DNA of 64,000 nt from Lingula anatina (Eukaryota > Animalia > Brachiopoda), in assembly GCA_051362555.1 (NCBI GenBank), contig CM120648.1:17790587-17854586 (forward strand), in the 5' to 3' direction. This document shows positions 13,044-24,637 of this stretch, piece by piece (within the stretch, counting starts at the first letter, position 1; every line of letters begins with the position of its first letter). Position numbers and translations under genes: made by a program. The notes below the pieces were generated by a model, which searched no databases, was not told where the DNA came from, and saw only the letters and a program-made list of their open reading frames with translations.

Positions 13044-16000
13044 ATGGCGGCGCTGAATTACAATGTGTGGAATGAAAATGGACATGGTAAAATAGAATTA
13101 TTCTTTAAATATTTTAAAGAATAGTTATATATTCCTGGCGCTGAATGTTAAAAGTAAAAGAGCATGCCATTTATGAAGTATCAAAAAAAGATTTATTTTA
13201 CGTCAAATAATGTATCCTTTTTCCGAATTTCGTCTCTTGAAAAATGCTGGTGAGATTTTCCTGGAAAACTTATTACAGTTTTAATTAAATTGCTTTTCTT
13301 TTAGTTTGCTTATTATATTTTTTGTCATCCAATAGCAATTCAACAACTGTTTGAGGTCCAGGAAGTATTATTTTGATGTGAACAACATTCTGTTTGTTTA
13401 TCTCAAAAGTAACTTTCCCTTTCAAAGTCTATTCCAAACTAAATCATGCTGTTTTATAGACATTTTTCTCAGAGAAAGATTTTCTTATGTTGTATGATCA
13501 TAATATATCTCATGCAAATGTTAGAGCATGTTTAATTTTATGTTCATACAGCTGGATTCCACATTCGACGGTATCCGGTGCTGCTTTTTTGTGGACGTAA
13601 TGGCGGACCAAATGAGAGACTGCTTGAGATAAACCGAAGACGACGTGATGACGGCTCCCTTCTGTGTATTACTGTACCCATTACATGGGGAGTCAAACAG
13701 CAATGTTTTTGTGTCAATGGGACTGTAAATGGACAATTATCTGAGCAAAAAGGTATTGACTGTAAAAAAATAGAACTTAGAAGTATCTCAGAGGTCAGAG
13801 ATGAACAGGAGCAGAGCGGAACAGATGCCAGATACAGAGACCTTGACAACAGAGGCATTTGTCAGTATACCATCGTGGGGTAAGAGTGACTTAATGTTGC
13901 TCACGTACTAACCCTTTTAATTGATTTTCTGAAGAAAATGTTACTATTCTACAGTCAATCTCATAAACCATTTTCAATATGTTTGATATTTACTTTTTAA
14001 GACTTCAACTTCATAATATTTGGTATAAGTAGAAGTGGGCAACTTTGGCTTACTCGATTTTTGGATTTCTGAGTACCTTATAGCTTACAATAGAGTGTGT
14101 CAACAATGAAAACAGCATTTCTTTTGTATTTTTGGGCAACCTCGACTTACAATAGAGTGTGTCAACAATAAAGACAGCATTTCTTTTGTATTTTTGGGCA
14201 ACTTCGACTTACAATAGACTGTGTCAACAATAAAGACAGCATTTCTTTTGTATTTTTGGGCAACTTCGACTTACAATAGAGTGTGTCAACAATGAAGTAG
14301 CTGTAACAAAAATGTGTGAGTTTAAGCTCGCATATTGGGCAACTTTGGCTTACTCGATTTCTGAGTACCTTATAACTTATAATGGAGTGTGTCAACAATA
14401 AAGACAGCATTTCTTTTGTTTTATTGGCAACTACGACTTACAATAGTGTGTGTAAACAGTGACGCTTACTCGCAGTTTGGAATTCTGACCAACTTATAGC
14501 TTACAATAGCCTTTGATCGGACAAAGAGCGGCCAGCTAACATTCTGCTTACTTAACAATAACGAATGGCGATATTTGTTCATTGACAAGGTAGTTTTATT
14601 TACAGAAGGGTTTACAATCACATGTCCATCATCAGAATATATGCTACGCATTTAGACTGTGGATTATATTTTATAAATAGCATATTCAGGAAGTGGAAGA
14701 AAATAAATCAACTTATACAACAGATTATTTACTATTTTCTCTGAACTGGTATCTTGAAAGGAATAGCATATCGGCGATGGAAAGTTAACGGCGGGTGTTG
14801 CTCTCCCTTTTGATAGTAATGTAAAAGCGCCTTGCATATTGGATCATTCTCGATAAGGTTATTATTGTAAATAAAGGGGTCAAGGGATTTGTTCCCATAT
14901 TTGCAATTTTCCGATTCACTATCGTCCCTCTCTGTAGCCGACTCGTTGGAAGTTGCACCGCTTTCCAACTCGCTGTCCTCTGACTCTGTGTTTGACATTT
15001 CGGTTTGCTCCGATTCCCCAGTATTAGCCAATTCTATGCTGTCAGACACATCGGAATCGGTAGAGTATTCACTGTCAGGATTCGCTCTATGGCTGCCAGG
15101 CATAGATCGACCTTTATATGCAAGGCGCTTTTACATTACTATCAAAAGGGAGAGCAACACCCGCCGTTAACTTTCCATCGCCGATATGCTATTCCTTTCA
15201 AGATACCAGTTCAGAGAAAATAGTAAATAATCTGTTGTATAAGTTGATTTATTTTCTTCCACTTCCTGAATATTGCTATTTATAAAATATAACCCACAGT
15301 CTAAATGCGTAACATATATTCTGATGATGGACATGTGATTGTAAACCCTTCTGTAAATAAAACTACCTTGTCAATAAACAAATATCGCCATTCGTTATTG
15401 TTAAGTAAGCAGAATGTTAGCTGGCCGCTCTTTGTCCGATCAAAGGCTATTGTAAGCTATTAGTTGGTCAGAATTCCAAACTGCGAGTAAGCGTCACTGT
15501 TTACACACACTATTGTAAGTCGTAGTTGCCAATAAAACAAAAGAAATGCTGTCTTTATTGTTGACACACTCCATATAAGTTATAAGTTATAAGGTACTCA
15601 GAAATCGAGTAAGCCAAAGTTGCCCAATATGCGAGCTTAAACTCACACATTTTTGTTACAGCTACTTCATTGTTGACACACTCTATTGTAAGTCGAAGTT
15701 GCCCAAAAATACAAAAGAAATGCTGTCTTTATTGTTGACACAGTCTATTGTAAGTCGAAGTTGCCCAAAAATACAAAAGAAATGCTGTCTTTATTGTTGA
15801 CACACTCTATTGTAAGTCGAAGTTGCCCAAAAATACAAAAGAAATGCTGTTTTCATTGTTGACACACTCTATTGTAAGCTATAAGGTACTCAGAAATCCA
15901 AAAATCGAGTAAGCCAAAGTTGCCCACTTCTACTGGTATAACAAGCAAGTTACATTCTTTGCTTTATCCACCTACCAGTACGTATTCGTTCATTCGTTTA

Positions 16001-16959
16001 TTCATTTACTATCAGGCTAGAGGGAGATTGCCTAACCGTTCTTCATAATGAAATGTCAAGAAGGTATTGTTTCGAGGACAACGGTGGAGAACCATTCCCA
16101 GGGAAAATTGTGTAATTATGTCGTGCTTTACCTCAGAATGTTTACCATCCAAAACTGTGAATTGTTTACATCATCCGTACACACAACTTTTTTATTAATC
16201 AAATATATTAAAGAGAAGTTGCTAGTAAGCTGTGTTCTGTATGTTATGAACATATCACAACAAAAACAACAAAATTAGACTTGTTGTAGTCAGTAAAAAG
16301 GTTGACAGTAGCAAAGGTTTCGATGGATCCAGTGAAATTCATAAACACTTAGCTACATGCGGTTGTGGTTAATATTTTTTCTATTTATTTTTCAGAAAAT
16401 ATCTTGGCAGTTTCTATGCCGTTGTGGCCGCCACAGAGGAGAACTTGATCCTTCACGTCCTGGCGGAGGGGGTCGAGTTCCAGGCTGTCAACCTCCGCCA
16501 AGTTCGAAGGGTAAGCCTTAATTTGAAAGATAATCTTTGTCAGTGACTGATGTAGCATTCTTATTTACGAAACCCTCTAAAACCGAAATATAAAGTAGCG
16601 GAGAAAAGGAAAGCGTGAAGCATAAACCATTTCGATACCATTGATACAAATATGTTTGTGCACGTGATTATCCGCCCCTGACCAATCCTCCTCTGGAAAA
16701 AAATGATCAATGTAAAATAAAACTAAGCAAATCCGTCTACACTCAAACAATTTATTCAGGCCAGTGTGTCAAATTTTCTAAAGAAAGGTCTAAATGCATT
16801 GCAAATTATCTTTTACAGGGAGATGTCGAAGAATTGGAGGGAAGGGTGTTAGATCGGTGGCAAAAAGAAGAGGTGTTGAAATTGGTGAAAGTTTGGATGG
16901 TTGACCCTCTAGACCCCCAATATGCGCAGCCAATTCAAGTATCTCAAGTATCTGTGTAA
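13044..16959 (+). CDS. Uncharacterised protein, orphan family B copy 1 (~208 aa, 4 coding exons)
   Basis: Exons 13044-13086, 13552-13879, 16396-16510, 16819-16959 (627 nt, GT-AG, phases consistent): MAALNYNVWNENGHAGFHIRRYPVLLFC...GKYLGSFYAVVAATEENLILHVL...MVDPLDPQYAQPIQVSQVSV*. The splice sites are conserved in the paralog. Confidence 0.7.
14028..15934. mobile_element. Foldback element, Polinton/Maverick-like non-autonomous derivative
   Basis: Inverted arms 14028-14839 and 15116-15934, termini AGTAGAAGT...ACTTCTACT, 6-bp TSD GGTATA and internal 62-bp subrepeats. Absent from the paralogous intron (~28360). Confidence 0.75.
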
Positions 16960-19818
16960 TACTTTATATAAAGCGTATCATTACCAAAACTTGCAGTAGT
17001 AATAGTAGTAAGGCAATATTAGCAGTAATTGTAGTAATAAGGCACCGCAGGCTGTTCTGTGTTAGTCAAAATTGGCCTAAACGAGAATTTCAGTTAACCA
17101 ATATCAGCGGTCCACACCAAGATCCTCACATTTTAACGAAAAGTGTATTTTATTTATATTTTCACTTGGTATTATGTACCACATATTGATGGATCTTAAT
17201 CAAGGTTCTTGAAAAACTGTAAAAAGTATTATCAAAGAAACTATTAGGGAAGTAGGTTTTTGAGTAGATTTGCTGTTGTTTTCTTTTTTTTTTTTTCAGT
17301 TATTTAATCTATCTCAAAACAAAATAAGTGAATAAGAATATAGTTAGTTCGAAAAAATACTTCTTTGAAAAAAAAATGAAAAATGACACATGGACAAAAA
17401 AACAAAAAAAAAAATGTTAAAAACTGTCAAACTATACAAAAAAATAGAGTTTTAATGGGGTAAATTCATTATTTTAACTTTATTTACCGAAAAACATGAA
17501 ATCGTATAAATTAATAATATTTAGCCAATTAAAAATAAAGAAACAAAGATATAAAGGAGAAGTGAGCAAACAAAGGAAAGATATGTGTTATAAGAAAAAA
17601 ATGGCAGTCGAGACAGAAGGAAATGTAAACGTTCAAGTGGATAACCCAGATACTATCCTCTTAAAATTAAGAAGAGCCGAAAGCCTCTCCATGTAACGCA
17701 AAATCAAAATGTAAACGTTCAAGTGGATAACCCAGATACTATCCTCTTAAAATTAAGAAGAGCCGAAAGTCTCTCCATGTAACGCAAAATCAAGTGGGAT
17801 TCCAGGAGATTTGGGGAAGATTTGACCTTTGATGTTGTAACAATTGTACGTAAACTTCATAGACAAGTGCTTTCCCAAAAAAAGTGTTACGTCTGCCAAA
17901 ATAGAAACCAAGTTCATAAAGCAGTAGATTTTAGGCTAGTTTTAAGTGATACTTTAAATCTAGGAAAAATATTATGAGGAAGTAAAAAAAAAAGAGTTGC
18001 ATGATTATGATGAAAATTTTAACCTTAATAAGTACTCATGCAAATAGCACTTTCAACTTTTTCTGAACACCATATCTGTCGAATTTTTTAATCTCAAGTA
18101 ATGCTCTGGTGTTCCATTTGATAATAAATTTGATAGAAATTTTCTTTTGTCTAGCTTCTATTTGATACTTAGATGGTCTATTTTGGCAACGTACATATTT
18201 GGGCAGGACGCATGAAATGAGAAAGGCATAGAATAGAATGCACTGGCTAGGGCGGTGTGACAGAAATGGTGGTCCTAGGGAAGTCCGGGGTCCCACATAA
18301 TAAGAACAGATTAGGGTAAATAGAAAGTACTGGAGTCACTTGCACGACGAAGGGGCAAAGGGACTGCAGTTTTTAACGGATTACCATTCCTGTCACTGTA
18401 TGATATTTTGGCACTGCACCAACAAGAAATGTCATTTTTCATTGATACCTCCGAGTGTTTTTTGATATTTACATATTTTTTTTTGCATCTTGACTATTTA
18501 TATTCCTATATAAGAAAATATATACTCCCAGATAGCAATAATAAGTTTTATAGCATTTAATTTAGTCTCGGATCCATGATATAAAAATGTTACAATGAGC
18601 AACAGGCAGTGATTACTAGAAAGGCACATGAGTAGAAAGTAAAAAACCGATCTAGTCTCCTTTCTGCTGTATCGTGGGTCCACATAGTTGCATTTTAAAC
18701 TGGGTTCCTTTCCCTAGATCGATCTAACAGGATCAGTCCATCTCCACGGGGTCCCTCGATAAACTGCTTTGAGCACTTGTTACAAGCGTCTGAGACGTCT
18801 GATACGCCCACCAAAGCTGCTAAACGATAGTTAGTTATCTCCTGTCAGTCTTAGCAGGCATGACAAACATCTAAGCCGCCCAAATAATTGCAATAAAGCG
18901 AGAATCCCCTCGGAGATAGCTCGATCCAAAGTTAGTACGATAGTCTCTGGGAATAGTCTCTTAAATAGCATAACTCGTTATTAAATTAATTTTTTTATAT
19001 GTTTTACTTTTAAGTTATTTTAATTTTTTAAGCAATTCCTTTTTTTTATTTCATAAGCATAGATCTATGTTTCATACGATTGTTTTTAATGAGGAAGTTG
19101 ATTTAATTAGCTAATATATATGATGTATATATAAATAGTTTGAAAAGAAAATGTTTTTAAGTCAGTGGGTTGTGAGTTTGTAATTGAATAATTCCCTTTA
19201 CATTCTACCACTTTTTGAGTCAGCATAACAGGAACATATTTGTCAGTATCGATTACTGCCAGCTGTCACTATGAAAGCTTTTTTTTTTTTGATGACTTAA
19301 CATGTGCTGTTGTAAATAAAGCAATCTGTCAAAATTATGGACATGTGTTTATTTTTTTAACAAAGTGTCCTCTGTCGTGGCTTATGATTGTAGCTAGATT
19401 ATTAAAATGTTCTTATAATGTTGTTAAATTCATTTAGAGACACTGAACTATACTTCAGCAAGTAGTTATATTTGGTGAAAAAGAAAACTTCAAGGTTATG
19501 GGGGATTTCAGGGCTAGTTTTGATTCAAACGAATGGTTCATAAAGATTAAAATGTAGATTGTCCTGAAAACGGTGTAACAAGTAAGCTCTTTTCCTTTAT
19601 CTCTTTTTCACAATCAGCTCGCCTTTTGTCGGAAAAGAACACCGTATTCTCTTTTATTACATATGGTAAAGCTTTTATACCCATATTTCAGTCGTAAGCA
19701 TTATGCTGTGTGTGTTTGGAGGGGGGGGGGAGGTCTCCCCAAAACTTTCTTTTAACATGAATCCAAAAGGCCGATTCATCTAAACAAAATTTCCAGCTTA
19801 CTAGAATATGACTAAGAT

Positions 19819-19852
<34 letters not shown>

Positions 19853-19867
19853 GTTGTTGATATATCA

Positions 19868-20677
19868 GACAGCTTGCCCAGGTCGTCCTCTGACAAACCC
19901 TCACAACTAGTTCCTAGCTTACCAACATTTTGAAATTATTACGTTACATTTATATATTATATAAAAATCTGTTATCATTTAAACTTCCTTTGATCTATTT
20001 CGTCTATTAATTGTAAAAAACATCCAATTTTTCTTGTAATTAATTAATTTTACTTCAAAATCTGTACACTGCTGCTAGCTCCTTCACCCCCCCCCCCCCC
20101 ATCCCCCAAAAAATGAATGAATTACATTAATATAAAATAAGAACAAGTCTAGGCATGTCCTCATGTAAGTTGGAATTTTATTATTATTATTATTAGCAAT
20201 TCTATTCTAGTGAATTTCCACGATCTCATACTTCATCTTTTGAGAAAGAAGAAAATAAACCACCCCACCTCATGATGTCACAAGTCTAACTGCGACAGTT
20301 TCAGTCCTGTACCCTGGGTGTCAGGGCACAGAAAAAGCTAGCTTGTTTTAACTATCCACTTATCTTGTCATGGGATCGCTTTTACTAGTTTTGCTATGTG
20401 TTATATATGAAATCAAGATCGATCTGGCAAAAATGAAACCTAGAACCTAGGGTGCAGTCCTGCGACCTCCATCAAAAACTTCTCATCCACTGTCGCCATT
20501 TCAAAAGGCACCTGTCGATTCGTCTTTAAAAGTGATCCCACTTCAACTTGCTTCCCTTCTTCTCCCTGCGCTTGTCCGTCCCCAAAAAGCAACTCAAAAA
20601 GACCCTGTGACTTCCCTACAGTCGCTGCGAATCCCATTAATAAAAAAGAAAACGTTGTAATTTGTTGTAGTTGACAT
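19868..20677 (-). pseudogene. Brambleberry 5' fragment pseudogene (exon 1 + part of exon 2)
   Basis: Homologous to 6635-7292, with a +1 frameshift in the signal-peptide region, a MITE inserted in exon 1, the exon 2 acceptor AG lost and exon 2 truncated. No downstream exons are present. Confidence 0.85.
20310..20454. mobile_element. 145-bp MITE with 8-bp TSD
   Basis: CAGTCCTG|TACCCTGGGT...ACCTAGGGTG|CAGTCCTG; the empty site is in functional bmb exon 1 (~7071-7078). Confidence 0.8.
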
Positions 20678-21413
20678 ATTTGTTGAAGTATTTGAGAGAC
20701 AGACGTCTTAGTTTTACAGTGCCCACGTTGTGCGCCATAGACAGCAGTGATTGGCTGTGTTTGAACTTCCGGGTTATCTATCTATGAAATCTACACCGCT
20801 TTGTTAGTTGAGAAGAAGACATTGTGCTGAATAGACACTGCATGACATGGGATTTTCCCGCGAAAATGGATTTTCCCGGAGAAATAATCAACTTTCTCGT
20901 TCCATGAGTCAATAATCTATCCCTCTCTGCACTTGAACTCAACCATTGATTTTATAAAGGTCGATTTAGTTTAAAATGACTGGCCAATCATATAACCGGT
21001 GACCATCTTCCTATATGCTGTAAATAGGGCCTACAGTGTCAACATCAAGAACGCTCCAAACCAGAAAAAAATGTACACCTCTACCATTGAGCAATCAACA
21101 CGTCGTTGTCAGAACTCCTTGGCTCACATTAGTGACACGCAGATGACTGTCCTCACCACCTTACTGTGCCGCTATCAGTAAGCAACACCACCACTTAAGC
21201 GAGATACTTTCGTGGATTCACTATATCGTCACAAGCGAAACACTTGTGAACATACACCCTCACACTGTTATCTGCGTAAGCAGACACACACTCACAAAGG
21301 CGAGACACCTTTGACGAGAACCTGGTTCTCTCCACCTGGGAAAAACCACTTGCTGCTACACAGCACTGACCACCCCCTCACGCCCCCCCCTTTTTATATT
21401 TTTTTCGGACTCA

Positions 21414-21456
21414 GCAGCTGATGAAGGTCACTTGATGACCGAAAAGCGCTTTCTGC
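21414..21456 (+). ncRNA. Minimal type I hammerhead-ribozyme-like motif (Penelope-LTR type)
   Basis: GCAG-CTGATGA-A-GGTCA-cttga-TGACC-GAAA-AGCGCT-TT-CTGC: both core boxes, a 5-bp stem II, palindromic stem III and a 4-bp stem I, with one extra A after the CUGAUGA box. Confidence 0.5.
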
Positions 21457-21716
21457 AACCAGTACATCCCCCTACAGGCTGTGCGTCTCTCGTACAACGT
21501 TTCTCTGGCCCCTCTCATACAGAGGTGAGACGCCTCTTACTACACCACGCTGAGGTGAGACGCCTCACGCAGTACGCTGTACACGGCTACGCACACTCAC
21601 TCCATCAGATATAACTATAAACGGATATATCATATCACTCCTTCACATAAGCGTAATGGAGGAAAATCCAAGGGAATTAGAGCATTAAGATAGATAGATA
21701 GATACAGTTTATACAG

Positions 21717-21761
<45 letters not shown>

Positions 21762-22531
21762 TTTCCTACATAACGCATTCCATTCTAAAAGATTTTAATG
21801 CACTCAATACAATTAAATATTAAACTTCTGAAAAATTATGTCCCTGTAATACAGCACTCAAATGATACATTTATTTATCTAATATTAGTTTACAATCTAT
21901 AATGTGATCAACTATCGTCACAACATTAATATAAATAACATAATAAGTCTGTATATAAAAATTATAAAAGTGAAATTAATCGACACTCTTTCTATAGGAG
22001 TATACATGTATAACAGCTTCATTTTTTTCACCTATATTCTTGATGGTGGTTTGTTTCTGGGCTGTTTACGGTTATATAGGCCTTCGCACACGTGACAATG
22101 AGACACAAAAATAAGTAATATGCTATTTTTACTACATAAAACGAATCAGTGATTCAGAATCCAAACTGCTTCACAAAGCAAAAATCACAAAGCACTCAGG
22201 CTATTAGCATAAAAAAAGATCTATATAAAGCTTCTTTTTCCATTTTCAGTCGTATTTCCCAATGTCATGGCAAAATTTATACTTTAAAAATAAGTAATTT
22301 ACAAAATGATAACAGCACAAAACTATTTTATCTAAAAGTAGTAAAAAAATAAATGAATTGATTTAATAATTCAAATGAAGGTTTAAAAAGTGGACTTTGC
22401 ATGAAGTCGGAATTAGATGACACACAGTAATAGGCCAAATGTAGAGAGTGCTTGTACTTTTTAATAGACTTTTTAATAGAATGTCTGGGAAAGCTGGAAT
22501 GTCTTCACTGTTTCGTGTAGAAGTTTTAAAC

Positions 22532-23761
22532 TTAATACACATTATCCAATTCAAAAGTTTCTCTCAAAGATTTCTTCAGTTTCTGGGACTGATACTGTAA
22601 ATATGCATCTCGTCTGTCCAAGTATGGTTTTCCAGTTTTATTCATTATCCAGTCCTGAATCTCGCCTTCGGCATCGACAAGTGCTTCCTGTAGATGGCGC
22701 CTCATTTCAAAACGAAGTTTTTCTTCCAAAAGATGGGGACGAATCCCTCTAACTAACCCACTACGAAGCAGCAAACTCGTTTCAAATTCGTCCAAAAATT
22801 CAAAAGCTTGGATTTCGTTCAACGCCTGCCATTCTTGCACGAATATTCCCTTACTTATTTCTAAGTTTTCCCTTCGACTTTCCTTTGCCGTTTGAATCTT
22901 TGTGATTTTCTTAAGCCATTCCGGTACTGAGCTGGTTCCAGCTTGGGCAATCTGCTCGCCGCCATTTGAACCTGCATTCTCAGCCGCTGCAGTTTCGGGG
23001 GTTTCTTGGACGTTAACGGGTGCCGTTTCTTCTTCCTCTTTGTCTGTCTCTTGCCCATGATTTTCAGCAAGAGACCATTGGATAAAAGTGCCATAGGGCA
23101 CCTGCTCGTTTACATCATGTGTTTCAGAATAATGTATGGATTCTGGCTGGTGTTCTACAAGCACATCTGCAGAAGTTATGACATCGTTATCGTGAGACCC
23201 TTGTGGTCCCTGTGGTTCGCATATCCCTTGACCATTTCCCTGCATCCCTTGTGTTTCGGGTATTTCCGACTGTGATCGGGGAATTTCCGTTTCCGTCTTC
23301 TTGACCTGCTTGGCGTATGCTTCATCTGTGATATTTATGAGATCTGCACATTTATTTACAAGATCATCGCCAGGTATAAACTTGTTCTTGCCTTGCAAGC
23401 ACATCCTTTTAGTAAATAAGGTTGATGTTTGGTCTGAAAATCCACGGTCTTTCTTTGTTTTTTTTCTGCAAATTGCGTAAAGTAACGGTGATTCAAAATA
23501 TGTAGTTTTAAGGACATGTTGCAGTAACCATATAAACTTACTATTTCGACGTTTATTTCTTTTGCATTCAGGTCCATCAGTTTTTGGAAAATAAGTATGG
23601 CAGCTATTGTCAGAGATCTTTGAAGAACTTAATATTTTGAGCCAAGCTAGTCGTCTCGAGGACGTCATCTCGCGGACATTTTGAATGCAACTCTCAGGAC
23701 TCTTGGCAGCTTTTGTTGCTTCAGGAGGGGTTACAGCAATTTTACTAGAAGCGCAGCCCAT
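22532..23761 (-). CDS. Uncharacterised protein, orphan family A copy 2 (~409 aa, MGCASSK N-terminus)
   Basis: Intact ORF; a splice acceptor (ttttacag) just upstream points to ATG 23761 as the start. Paralog of 9257-10315. Confidence 0.7.
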   Translation of the reverse strand: MGCASSKIAVTPPEATKAAKSPESCIQNVREMTSSRRLAWLKILSSSKISDNSCHTYFPKTDGPECKRNKRRNSKFIWLLQHVLKTTYFESPLLYAICRKKTKKDRGFSDQTSTLFTKRMCLQGKNKFIPGDDLVNKCADLINITDEAYAKQVKKTETEIPRSQSEIPETQGMQGNGQGICEPQGPQGSHDNDVITSADVLVEHQPESIHYSETHDVNEQVPYGTFIQWSLAENHGQETDKEEEETAPVNVQETPETAAAENAGSNGGEQIAQAGTSSVPEWLKKITKIQTAKESRRENLEISKGIFVQEWQALNEIQAFEFLDEFETSLLLRSGLVRGIRPHLLEEKLRFEMRRHLQEALVDAEGEIQDWIMNKTGKPYLDRRDAYLQYQSQKLKKSLRETFELDNVY

Positions 23762-23921
23762 GTTATTCCTTGTTTTTACAGATCGTAAGTATTCTGTAAA
23801 AGAAAAACACAATAAGAGACGATGTAAATAAGTAACTAGCTTACAGTAGAGGGTCCTCACCGCCGAGGGTTGGAGGTTCACGTGCACCCTTCCCCCTTTC
23901 CATTCTCTCTCCTGCCTATCC

Positions 23922-23952
<31 letters not shown>

Positions 23953-24353
23953 TCATTAATTCGTTAGTTAATAAGAAGAAAATATATGGATGTATAAGAG
24001 AATGTATACTAGTAACAAGCTAATTGAATCATTTTCCAGCCCTGTTCCCTGCATATTATATATTACACAAATAATGATTGTCTTCGTTTACATATTTACA
24101 TGTATCAATCGAAGTCAAGTGGTTCTTCTTTACTTGTGTCTCTGATTGAAAGTGAAAAGTGTGTGTAAAAATGTATGTATGGTACATTAGAAGAAAATGG
24201 CACATGGGAAAGGTTCCTAATCATTCCCCACACACTCGCGCGCGAGCACTTATGTAAATTAATTCCAATATCACATTGTGGAACAAATGACCAGCTAAAA
24301 GTAGGACGAATAATAATATTAGTTAAAATCAAAATCTCATACTGGAGATGACA

Positions 24354-24637
24354 CCCGCACGAAAATGCAGTAGTATCGAAGTAGCAAAGAAGCATTAACG
24401 CAGTAGTGGTGCGAAGCATATTTGCAGTAGAAATGCAGTATAGCCTACTGTAATTCTACTTCAAAAATTACATAGGGTTGTACAGAGGAGGAGCATAAAT
24501 GCAGTAGATTAGCAGCATGATAAAAGCATGTTTCAAATATGCTAATTAGCTCCCACATCGAAGCAGATTTGAAGCATGTTTGCAGTATGATTGCAGAAGT
24601 CTACTGCACTGGAGTATCTACTTCGTTTTCGTGCGGG
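24354..24637. mobile_element. CACTA/EnSpm-like MITE
   Basis: CA|CCCGCACGAAAA...TTTTCGTGCGGG|CA: 2-bp TSD and internal GCAGTA subrepeats. Confidence 0.6.

Larger units (their letters stand above)
6385..19450 (+). repeat. Tandem segmental duplication, copy A
   Basis: Collinear homology with 19715-35780: poly-G/(GA)n, bmb exons 1-2 and promoter, both orphan genes and downstream noncoding blocks. Ends are approximate. Confidence 0.85.

Noticed and set aside
17496-18296. Paired short ORFs shared with 30988-31221 and 34113-34352
   Set aside because: The similarity reflects the segmental duplication; frames and stops are not conserved and no splice structure is evident.
23762-23956. N-terminal extension of the 474-aa ORF
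   Set aside because: It runs through (AT)n/poly-A and a splice acceptor and is not conserved in the paralog; likely intron or UTR.
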